Of a stretch of 64,000 nucleotides of DNA, positions 56,496 through 64,000 are shown piece by piece; position 1 is the stretch's first letter, and each line of letters starts with the position of its first letter. The position numbers were made by a program, and so were the translations under genes. The notes beneath the pieces were generated by a model, which saw only the letters and a list, made by a program, of their open reading frames with translations, made no database searches and was not told the DNA's origin. The stretch comes from Planctomycetaceae bacterium (GTDB lineage Bacteria > Planctomycetota > Planctomycetia > Isosphaerales > Isosphaeraceae), in NCBI GenBank assembly GCA_040374745.1, contig JBEITT010000014.1, forward strand, positions 4,680 through 68,679. Reading direction: 5' to 3'.

Positions 56496-57767
56496 TCAGA
56501 CGTTTCGCTTCAGTTCCCAGGGCGAGCGATAAGGGCGAGTCAGCATGGCATTGGCCAGGTCGTCGCCGGGGATCATTTCGCGTTCGGCGTTCCAGACGAT
56601 CTTGCGGCCTGTGCGAATGGCGATATTGCCCAGGTGGCAGACGGTGGCTGAACGGTGGCCAATTTCCACATCGGTGATTGGCTTTTCGCGGCTGCGGATG
56701 CAGTCGGCCCAATTCTGGAAGTGGTTGTTGCTCACCGTCACGCGGTGCTTTTCCGGAATTTCCATCGTCAGCACGTCCGGGTTATTTTCGCAGGTAATCT
56801 TCGAACGGGTGACCGACAGATTGCCGTGTTCGCATTCGAAGAGCACACCACCAACGGGTTGATCCTGCCCGGCGATGAGTGTGGTGCCGGGATAGGTGTA
56901 AGTGACCTCGAAATTTTCAGGCACTTCATACCAGTTATCGTTGTGATAGCGGGCCTTGCCGCTGATTTCCAGCGGGCCGCTGTTATCCATGTTCAGGGCC
57001 CACTGCACAATATCAAGGTGATGGGCACCGAAATTGGTAAGTTGGCCGCCTGAATAGTCCCAAAAGAAGCGGAAGAGATAGTGTACGTGCTTTTCGTTAT
57101 AAGGCTTCAGCGGGGCAGGGCCGAGCCAGCGGTCGTAATCGAGATTGGCTGGCGGCTGGCTGTCGGGCACGGCCGGGCCGCTGAAATTCACGCCGGGGAT
57201 GCCTACGCGTGCCGTTTTAACCTTGCCCAGAAGGCCTGCCCGGATGATTTCAACCGCCTGGCGGAAGCGTTTGTCTGAACGCTGCTGCGAGCCGGTCTGC
57301 ACGACGCGATTGTATTTCCGCGCGGCTTCGACCATGGCACGGCCTTCGGTCACGAAGAGTGAGAGAGGCTTTTCACAATAAACATCTTTACCGGCTTCAC
57401 AGGCTTCAATCGTGGGGATGGCGTGCCAGTGGTCGGGCGTGACGATGACCACAGCGTCAATGTTTTTGTCTGTATAAAGTTCGCGAAAATCCTTGACGGC
57501 CTTTACACCCTTGGCTTTTTTGGAGTCTTCGACGAGCTTGGCGGCCTTGGCCAGAATTTCAGAATCGACGTCGCAGACGGCGGTCACGTCAAAATTCTTG
57601 TTTTTCAGCACTTCCTTAAGGTTATTCGTGCCCTGGTTCCGCACGCCGATATGAGCCGTGCGTATACGTTCGTTGGCCCCAAAGGCTCGGGCGGGAATAA
57701 GGGTGGGCATCCAGGCGGCAGCCAAGCCAGCACCCGCAGTGGCAATAAAATCACGACGATTCTGCAT
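56496..57767 (-). CDS. Gfo/Idh/MocA family oxidoreductase with twin-arginine signal
   Basis: MQNRRDFIATAGAGLAAAW, then a Rossmann-type IRTAHIGVRNQG and the family-typical VYCEKPL. Confidence 0.9.
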   Translation of the reverse strand: MQNRRDFIATAGAGLAAAWMPTLIPARAFGANERIRTAHIGVRNQGTNNLKEVLKNKNFDVTAVCDVDSEILAKAAKLVEDSKKAKGVKAVKDFRELYTDKNIDAVVIVTPDHWHAIPTIEACEAGKDVYCEKPLSLFVTEGRAMVEAARKYNRVVQTGSQQRSDKRFRQAVEIIRAGLLGKVKTARVGIPGVNFSGPAVPDSQPPANLDYDRWLGPAPLKPYNEKHVHYLFRFFWDYSGGQLTNFGAHHLDIVQWALNMDNSGPLEISGKARYHNDNWYEVPENFEVTYTYPGTTLIAGQDQPVGGVLFECEHGNLSVTRSKITCENNPDVLTMEIPEKHRVTVSNNHFQNWADCIRSREKPITDVEIGHRSATVCHLGNIAIRTGRKIVWNAEREMIPGDDLANAMLTRPYRSPWELKRNV

Positions 57768-58124
57768 GATGTTTTGAGCTTTCAGTGTTCGAAAAGGGAG
57801 GGCTGTTTGCCATCTTTTGATTCTTCCATTTCAGTTTCGCGAAGTGGTTCTGAATCTGCAAGACACAACCGGAGAAATTAGAATACTGACTTTAGAGATT
57901 ATGTAAGAGTTTGCAATTTCTTGGGATAAGATTAATGTTGGAATTTGCATGTTCAAGTCATCACTGGCTTGTCAAACATTTAATCCTGTTATAAACTTTT
58001 GTGACATATTGCCAAAATCCGATTCTCAAAAAGAATCCAATCTGTCAGAAGTATCGGGTTACCCTGATATTTCTGCCCCTGCCGTCTCCCAAAACTCTCC
58101 AATCGCAGGAATCGAATAAAGACA

Positions 58125-59522
58125 ATGTTAAGCTGGATGGGCTCGCCAATTCGACTTTGCGACGGCCTGAATCGGCGAGAGATTATGCGCGTGGGTGGTC
58201 TGGGTTTTGCCGGAGGGCTATCTCTGGGTCAGCTTGTCAGGGCCGAAGCCGAAGGTGTGCCGAAGCTCAAGCCCCGGGCAAAAAATTGCATCGTGCTGAT
58301 GTTGACAGGCGGCGTGCCGCAACATTCCACATGGGACCCCAAGCCCGACGCCCCTGAACTGGTTCGTGGGGCTTATGGGCCAATTGCCACCAACGTGCCA
58401 GGTATTTCGTTCAGCGAACTGATGCCGCTGACGGCCCGCCATGCTGACAAACTGGCCGTACTTCGAGCCATGAGCACCGACGACAATGCCCACAGCAGTT
58501 CGGCCTATTACATGCTGACGGGTCGGCCGCATGCACCCAAGAATTTTGAGAATGCCAAGCCCGGTGCGCCAAACGACTTTCCCAGCCTGGGCGGCATGGT
58601 CATGGCTCTTGGCCGACGTGTATCGGGCGGGGCCTTTCCGGGGTCAATGACCTTGCCTCTGCGCGTGGCTAACACCGATGGCAGTGTGTGGCCGGGCCAG
58701 GATGGCGGCTTTCTGGGACGATCAAGCGACCCATGGCTGGTGAATTTTGACCCTCGCCAAGCTCGGCCCTCGATTGCCGAACTCCAGCTTGACACAGGGC
58801 TTGAGCCACAACGTGCCATTGGCCGGCGGGGCTTGATGGAGCAAATCACACGGCTGATTGATGATCGGGCGGCAAGGGTGTCGGATCTTGATCCACACAC
58901 GGCTCGGGCTTGGGAGCTGATTACCCGGCCCCTGGCTCGGCAGGCTTTCGACATTGGCCTGGAACATGAGGCCACACGAGATCTTTACGGGCGATCGCCT
59001 TTCGGGCAGACCGTGTTGATGGCCCGGCGAATGGTGGAACAGGGCGTGCGCCTGGTGCATGTCAACTGGTATCGCGGCCCGGATGAACCTGACGCCAATC
59101 CGGTGTGGGATTCGCACCGAGATGAAACGAATCGCCTGAAAAACGTGCTGGTGCCGCCGATGGACAAAGCCATTTCCGGCCTTTTGAGTGATCTGGAATC
59201 TCGCGGCCTTCTGGAAGAAACCTTAGTCGCCGTGGTTTCAGAATTTGGCCGTAGCCCACGGCTCGACGGGGCTCAGGGTCGTGGCCATTGGGGGCACGTT
59301 TTCAGCGTAGCCCTGGCGGGCGGCGGCATCAGGGGCGGGGTGGTGCATGGTGTATCCGACGCACAGGCTGCCTGGCCGAAGGAAGGTCGAGTCGCGCCAG
59401 AAGACCTTCATGCCACAATTCTTACTCTCATGGGAATCGACCCCGGTACCGAACTGACTGACCCGCTTGGCCGACCCCTTGTTCTGAGCCGGGGCGAAGT
59501 CATCCGGCCCATTCTGGCGTAA
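58125..59522 (+). CDS. DUF1501 domain protein (sulfatase-fold)
   Basis: CDGLNRREIMRVGGLGFAGGLSL N-terminus, plus DTHxx-type WDSHRDE and EFGRSPR segments typical of DUF1501. Confidence 0.9.
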   Translation: MLSWMGSPIRLCDGLNRREIMRVGGLGFAGGLSLGQLVRAEAEGVPKLKPRAKNCIVLMLTGGVPQHSTWDPKPDAPELVRGAYGPIATNVPGISFSELMPLTARHADKLAVLRAMSTDDNAHSSSAYYMLTGRPHAPKNFENAKPGAPNDFPSLGGMVMALGRRVSGGAFPGSMTLPLRVANTDGSVWPGQDGGFLGRSSDPWLVNFDPRQARPSIAELQLDTGLEPQRAIGRRGLMEQITRLIDDRAARVSDLDPHTARAWELITRPLARQAFDIGLEHEATRDLYGRSPFGQTVLMARRMVEQGVRLVHVNWYRGPDEPDANPVWDSHRDETNRLKNVLVPPMDKAISGLLSDLESRGLLEETLVAVVSEFGRSPRLDGAQGRGHWGHVFSVALAGGGIRGGVVHGVSDAQAAWPKEGRVAPEDLHATILTLMGIDPGTELTDPLGRPLVLSRGEVIRPILA

Positions 59523-59525
59523 AAG

Positions 59526-60719
59526 ATGAAAAATAGCCGTTTTGCTTTAAGCGTTTATCTAGTTTTTCTCTTATTCGTGAATGCCTCACTTGCCCCAGCA
59601 CAAAGTGAAATTGGTTACACACAACTGCAAACCAACTTGCCAGGCGGGCGGCATAACAATATTCGCACCATGCGTGCCATGCTGGTGCGGGCCGACGGAG
59701 TTGGCCGAAGGCTGATTGCGGCAGAACTTGCCGCAGATGACCCGAATGCCTGGACACAGTTCGCCGGCTGGTCGCCTGACGGCAAAATGGCGATAGTCGG
59801 TCGGGGCTGGCAAAGCCAGACCAATGCAGCACTTGAGGAATCAACCAGGCAGTTTCAGTTCAACGCCAAAGGGTGGCTTTACGACAGCTATCTGGTCGAT
59901 GTGGCGACGGGCAAAAGCGAGAATGTAACAGCTCGCGAGCGTGTCAGTTTTTATAATGCAGGGCTCTTCTACTGGCCTGACGACACGAAAAAGCTGGGCT
60001 TCACAGCCCTGATTGAGGGGCAGTCGCACCCTTTCCGGATGAATCTTGATGGTTCGGGAAAAGTCGATCTGACGAGTAAATCCAGTGAATTCACCTATGG
60101 TTTCAGCGCGTCGCCTGATGGCAAGCGAATTTCATACCATAAAAATTATCAGGTTTACCTGGCCAATGCTGATGGTTCAGCGGCAGAGAAGGTGGAATCG
60201 GGTAATCCATTCAATTTCGGGCCGACATGGTCTACTGATGGCCGGTGGCTGCTTTTCCTGAGCGGCGAGCACAATAATTGCCACCCCTATGTAATTAAAG
60301 CTGATGGCAGCGGGCTGAAAAAGGTAGCTGACAGAGGGACATATACCGGTTCTGTTGAATTTCTTGATGTTTTTGACCATCACCAGGGAAGCAGCGACAC
60401 ACCGGTCTGGGCCCGCGACGGCAAAACGATTTTTTACACGGCGCGGGCGGGTGATAATGTCGAGCTTTTTCAGGTCGGGCTGGATGGATCAAAAAAGCAG
60501 ATGACAAGATCACCGACAGGAACGATTCATTATCACCCGACCCCTTCGCCGGATGGGCAATGGTTGGCTTACGGGTCGAAACGCAGCGGAGTAAGGCAAA
60601 TTTTTGTTTTGGATCTGAAGTCGTTAGAAGAGAAGCAGATAACGCAACTGGAAAAAGGCCATGCGGCGATGTGGCCGCACTGGCGACCTGAGCAGGCGTC
60701 AGTGAAATCAAAAGAATAA
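59526..60719 (+). CDS. secreted TolB-like beta-propeller (PD40/WD40-like repeat) protein
   Basis: Signal peptide, with repeated SPDG motifs (WSPDGKMAIVG, ASPDGKRISYH, WSTDGRWLLFLS, PSPDGQWLAYGS). Starts 4 nt after the DUF1501 stop. Confidence 0.8.
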   Translation: MKNSRFALSVYLVFLLFVNASLAPAQSEIGYTQLQTNLPGGRHNNIRTMRAMLVRADGVGRRLIAAELAADDPNAWTQFAGWSPDGKMAIVGRGWQSQTNAALEESTRQFQFNAKGWLYDSYLVDVATGKSENVTARERVSFYNAGLFYWPDDTKKLGFTALIEGQSHPFRMNLDGSGKVDLTSKSSEFTYGFSASPDGKRISYHKNYQVYLANADGSAAEKVESGNPFNFGPTWSTDGRWLLFLSGEHNNCHPYVIKADGSGLKKVADRGTYTGSVEFLDVFDHHQGSSDTPVWARDGKTIFYTARAGDNVELFQVGLDGSKKQMTRSPTGTIHYHPTPSPDGQWLAYGSKRSGVRQIFVLDLKSLEEKQITQLEKGHAAMWPHWRPEQASVKSKE

Positions 60720-61187
60720 GACAGTTGGTTAAGATGCTTAATCAGGCTTGAAAAATCGTTCAATCGTGAAAGAAAATGATTCTCGTAAGTTCTTATGAGT
60801 CTGTCGAGTGGCGCGATTTTCCGGAAAATTCGCTTTCCTGCGGGTCGTTCTCAAGGGAAGAGATAAATGCGCTCTTGCCGAAAGTGGTCATCATTTTTCA
60901 TGATAGTAGTATACACAGATTGTGAAACTTTGGGCCGGGGCATCAGGCCGGGCTTGTCCCTGTTGCGGTGCCGCTGTCGGAAACTGATAAATCACATACG
61001 CTATCATCCGGATTCCCATCATCCGATTATCAGTGGCTGATACCAGGGTTTCTCAAATTTTCGTCGGGATCGACTGAATTGTGCCGACAGATTCTGTCCT
61101 GGAACGGTTGCAGGTCACTGCTCCGCTCCTGCCCGTTGATCATTCCGTTTTGGCCTATGCTAATTAACTCTGGGGAAGCAGACCTCG

Positions 61188-62105
61188 ATGAGTGAATCTG
61201 ACATCATCATTGAAACAAAAAATCTGACGAAGGTTTACCGGGATTTCTGGGGCCGGCCTAAGGTTCAGGCCCTGAAGGCTCTTGACCTTCAGGTTCGCCG
61301 GGGAGAGATCTTCGGGCTTCTCGGGCCAAACGGCTCGGGCAAGACAACGACAATCAAGCTGTTGCTGGGCCTGCTTTTCCCTACGGAAGGTGAAGCCCTG
61401 ATATTCAACGAGCCGACCACCAATGTGAAAAAGAACGAACGGATCGGCTACCTGCCGGAAGAGTCGTATCTTTACAAGTTTCTGAACGCTGAAGAGACTC
61501 TTGATTTCTACGGTCGGCTCTTCAAAATAAGCGGTGCCGAGCGTCGCAAGCGGATTAATAACCTGATCGATATGGTCGGACTCAACCATGCCCGGCATCG
61601 CCAGCTTCGAGAATACTCTAAAGGTATGCAGCGGCGTATCGGCCTGGCACAGGCGATTATTAACGACCCTGAGCTTGTGCTGCTTGATGAGCCGACATCG
61701 GGTCTTGACCCAATCGGCACTGCCGAAATCAAGGACCTGATTCTTGATCTGCGCAAGCAGGGCAAAACAATCGTGCTTTCCGGCCACCTGCTGGCAGATA
61801 TGCAGGATATTTGCGACCGGATCGCGATTCTGCACCGTGGCGAGTTGCGAGAACTCGGCCGCGTAAACGACCTGCTTACAGTGCAGGATATTACACAGAT
61901 CAAGGTCAAGGATCTGCCAGAATCGGCAGTGGCCGAGATTCGCCAGGTGATTGAGCGACACCATGGCAACCTGGTGGCTGTTGATCATCCGACCACCACA
62001 CTTGAAGAGCTGTTCCTGCGTATTGTGCGCGAAAGCGACCAGTTCCCGGGTCGCCGCCACGTGGCCGATCGATCAAAGAATGATCCGGTTGGCGCGGGCA
62101 AGTGA
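61188..62105 (+). CDS. ABC transporter ATP-binding protein
   Basis: Walker [10 protein letters not shown], signature YSKGMQRR, Walker [13 protein letters not shown]. Confidence 0.93.
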   Translation: MSESDIIIETKNLTKVYRDFWGRPKVQALKALDLQVRRGEIFGLLGPNGSGKTTTIKLLLGLLFPTEGEALIFNEPTTNVKKNERIGYLPEESYLYKFLNAEETLDFYGRLFKISGAERRKRINNLIDMVGLNHARHRQLREYSKGMQRRIGLAQAIINDPELVLLDEPTSGLDPIGTAEIKDLILDLRKQGKTIVLSGHLLADMQDICDRIAILHRGELRELGRVNDLLTVQDITQIKVKDLPESAVAEIRQVIERHHGNLVAVDHPTTTLEELFLRIVRESDQFPGRRHVADRSKNDPVGAGK

Positions 62106-62235
62106 TTTGACTTTCAGTATCTGACGCCCCGGCAGGGTCGCCGTTGATTTGAAAAGACGAACCCTTGCGACGATCAGATTTGATCCTGAATCATGACACA
62201 ATCTCTTTGAGATATTGACTGGGAAGATATAAATC

Positions 62236-64000
62236 GTGATTGACACTCTTTTTACAATTGCTCAGGCAGGGGCGGCCGCTGCAGCGGAACCCGTACCGCC
62301 GCCAGTCTGGGTCCAGAATCTTCTGGGCTGGCTGTATCTGATTGGCGACCCTGCCTTTACAACTAAAGGTCTGATGGGTTCGCTGCTGACGTGGACCAAA
62401 ATTATCGGGCTATTCTGCCTGATGAGCTGGATTGGGGCTCGAACCCTTTCTGCTATCAAGCAGCGTATTGAAATGCCTGCCCTTTCCGGCATCGCCGCCG
62501 CAGGCCTGCTGGGCGGGCTTGCAAGCATTCTTCTGCAGCAGTTGCAGCGTACCGGCCGACTTTCCATGCCGCTGATTGGCGGGGTATCGCCAGCGGTCAT
62601 TCTGGGCATCGTATCACTCATTGCCGTTCTGGTCTGGGTGGAAGCGATGCTCTGGATCTCGATGAAACGTGATTCAAACCGCGGCGACCGTACCCTTCTG
62701 CTGGCCATGCACCTGGCATTGGGCTTCGGAATATTCAATGGAATGCTCATTTACTACTTTGCTGTAGTGCCGCCTGGCATGACAGTAACGATTGTTGATT
62801 TTATTGCCCAGGGTGCCCGTATGGGCTTGACCTACATGGGCTATGCGGCCCTGTTGCTTCTGATTGTTCGGCTGGGCATGGAAATGAACATGTTCAACCC
62901 AATCCGGACACTGGCAATAGCTTGGTTGGCCCGCAAGGAGGCCAATCGCCGCATGTGGGCACCTTATGTGGTGCTGAGCGTTTTTCTGGTGGTGCTGGCC
63001 TTCACTCACTGGTTCCTGGTGCCACCCCGCCCGGCCGAGATGAGCCGCCTGTTTGTGGGCACACTGACGCTTCTGTGTTCGCTTCTGATCACGCTGATGA
63101 TCATCTTCCTCTCTCCGCTTTCGTTACCCACCGACATTCAGCAGCAGACGATTTATACGATTGTTTCAAAACCGGTGAGTCGTCTGGAGTTGATCTGGGG
63201 GCGGATTGTCGGGTATATGACACTCGTCACAATGATGATCGGGCTCTTTGGTGCCATCAGCTACATCTATCTTGTCCGGCAGGTCAACAGTACGATCCGA
63301 CTGACCAACGAAGAAGCCGACCGCGTACGCACGGACAACCCGCTGCGGGCCACCCAGCTTGATGAACAGTCGGAACAACTGACGGCCCGCATGTCGGCCC
63401 GCGTGCCTGTCAAGGGCTCGCTGGTGTTTCGCGACTCGCGTGGCGTACCGCAGATCAAGGGGATCGATGTCGGCCAGGAATTGGAATATCGCACCCACGT
63501 GGAAGGGGCCACTCCATCCAAGGGGATTTGGCGGTATGGTGTGGTTTCCCACCCGTTTGACGAAGTGGGCAACATGGCCGCCCGTGACGGAGGCAAGCTA
63601 CCCGGCAAGCAGAATTATCCACTTCTGGACCGCCGCATTCCGGTTGATAACTTCCTCAAGCCTGGCACAATCGAGTTTATCGATAACCAGATTGTGTTGC
63701 TCAACAGCCGCAAGGCAGGTGGCGAATCTGGGCTTGATTCTGCGATCAGCAGTCTGCAGGAACAACGCCGGCCGCTGGCCAACAAAGACGCCGAACTGCA
63801 GGCCGAATTGAAGAAGGCCCAGGCCGCCAACAATCAGCCCGAAATTGAGCGGATTCAAAGCGACCTTGCGGGTTTTCACTCTGACCCCTTCCGGATTGAG
63901 ATGTCTTTCACGATTTATCGAACGACCAAGGGGCGTGTGGGCGAACCGGTTTTTGCTTCTATCAAGGCGACAAACCCTCGCACCAACGAGCAATACGATA
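62236..64000 (+). CDS. ABC-2-type permease-like large membrane protein (5' part; runs off the window)
   Basis: Not in the supplied track. I read an uninterrupted frame from GTG 62236 (preceded by GGGAAG; in-frame TAA at 62230) to the window end, about 588 codons. It has several hydrophobic helices, the segment QQQTIYTIVSKPVSRLELIWGRIVGY typical of ABC-2 permeases, and then a long soluble region. Confidence 0.7.
   Translation, partial: MIDTLFTIAQAGAAAAAEPVPPPVWVQNLLGWLYLIGDPAFTTKGLMGSLLTWTKIIGLFCLMSWIGARTLSAIKQRIEMPALSGIAAAGLLGGLASILLQQLQRTGRLSMPLIGGVSPAVILGIVSLIAVLVWVEAMLWISMKRDSNRGDRTLLLAMHLALGFGIFNGMLIYYFAVVPPGMTVTIVDFIAQGARMGLTYMGYAALLLLIVRLGMEMNMFNPIRTLAIAWLARKEANRRMWAPYVVLSVFLVVLAFTHWFLVPPRPAEMSRLFVGTLTLLCSLLITLMIIFLSPLSLPTDIQQQTIYTIVSKPVSRLELIWGRIVGYMTLVTMMIGLFGAISYIYLVRQVNSTIRLTNEEADRVRTDNPLRATQLDEQSEQLTARMSARVPVKGSLVFRDSRGVPQIKGIDVGQELEYRTHVEGATPSKGIWRYGVVSHPFDEVGNMAARDGGKLPGKQNYPLLDRRIPVDNFLKPGTIEFIDNQIVLLNSRKAGGESGLDSAISSLQEQRRPLANKDAELQAELKKAQAANNQPEIERIQSDLAGFHSDPFRIEMSFTIYRTTKGRVGEPVFASIKATNPRTNEQYD

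Noticed and set aside
61164-62060. 298-codon minus-strand ORF
   Set aside because: Antisense to the ABC ATPase, whose Walker A, signature, and Walker B motifs are unambiguous on the plus strand.

Overview
This 64-kb chromosomal window looks like a Planctomycetota genome. Evidence: a DUF1559 prepilin-like protein, a DUF1501 protein, many Sec/TAT-exported hydrolases, and roughly mid-50s % GC by eye. I support about 45 protein genes. Most are core metabolism or housekeeping: argH, glpK, a pdhA-pdhB-pdhC-lpdA operon, acnA, queF-bioA-bioD, leuS, trpG/pabA, moeA, lnt, glgA, and a sigma-70 family factor. I recognised no rRNA, tRNA, CRISPR array, or intact transposase/integrase. The most unusual structure lies between the LOG-family gene and a D-aminoacylase gene (about 50.1-53.7 kb). 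Two adjacent, strongly AT-rich insertions are each bracketed by a ~62-63 nt imperfect direct repeat of native sequence. One repeat is the last 19 codons plus stop of the LOG gene; the other is the promoter-like leader of the aminoacylase gene. A 196-nt block resembling the uninterrupted (empty) insertion site is preserved between the two insertions. The cargo is a 557-aa GT-C-like polytopic membrane protein and two small unknown ORFs; one ORF is tail-anchored and the other is preceded by an in-frame TGA. Other notable points:
- a decayed hicB-hicA toxin-antitoxin remnant upstream of leuS;
- a 1,538-aa triple amidohydrolase fusion with one intact and two degenerate metal sites and a Gly/Pro/Lys-rich linker;
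- a trio of single-pass coiled-coil membrane proteins between lnt and glgA;
- an orphan radical SAM/SPASM enzyme;
- an open-ended ABC-2-like permease ORF at the window end that is absent from the supplied ORF track.
All family assignments rest on motif recognition from memory. No searches or computations beyond hand alignment were possible.
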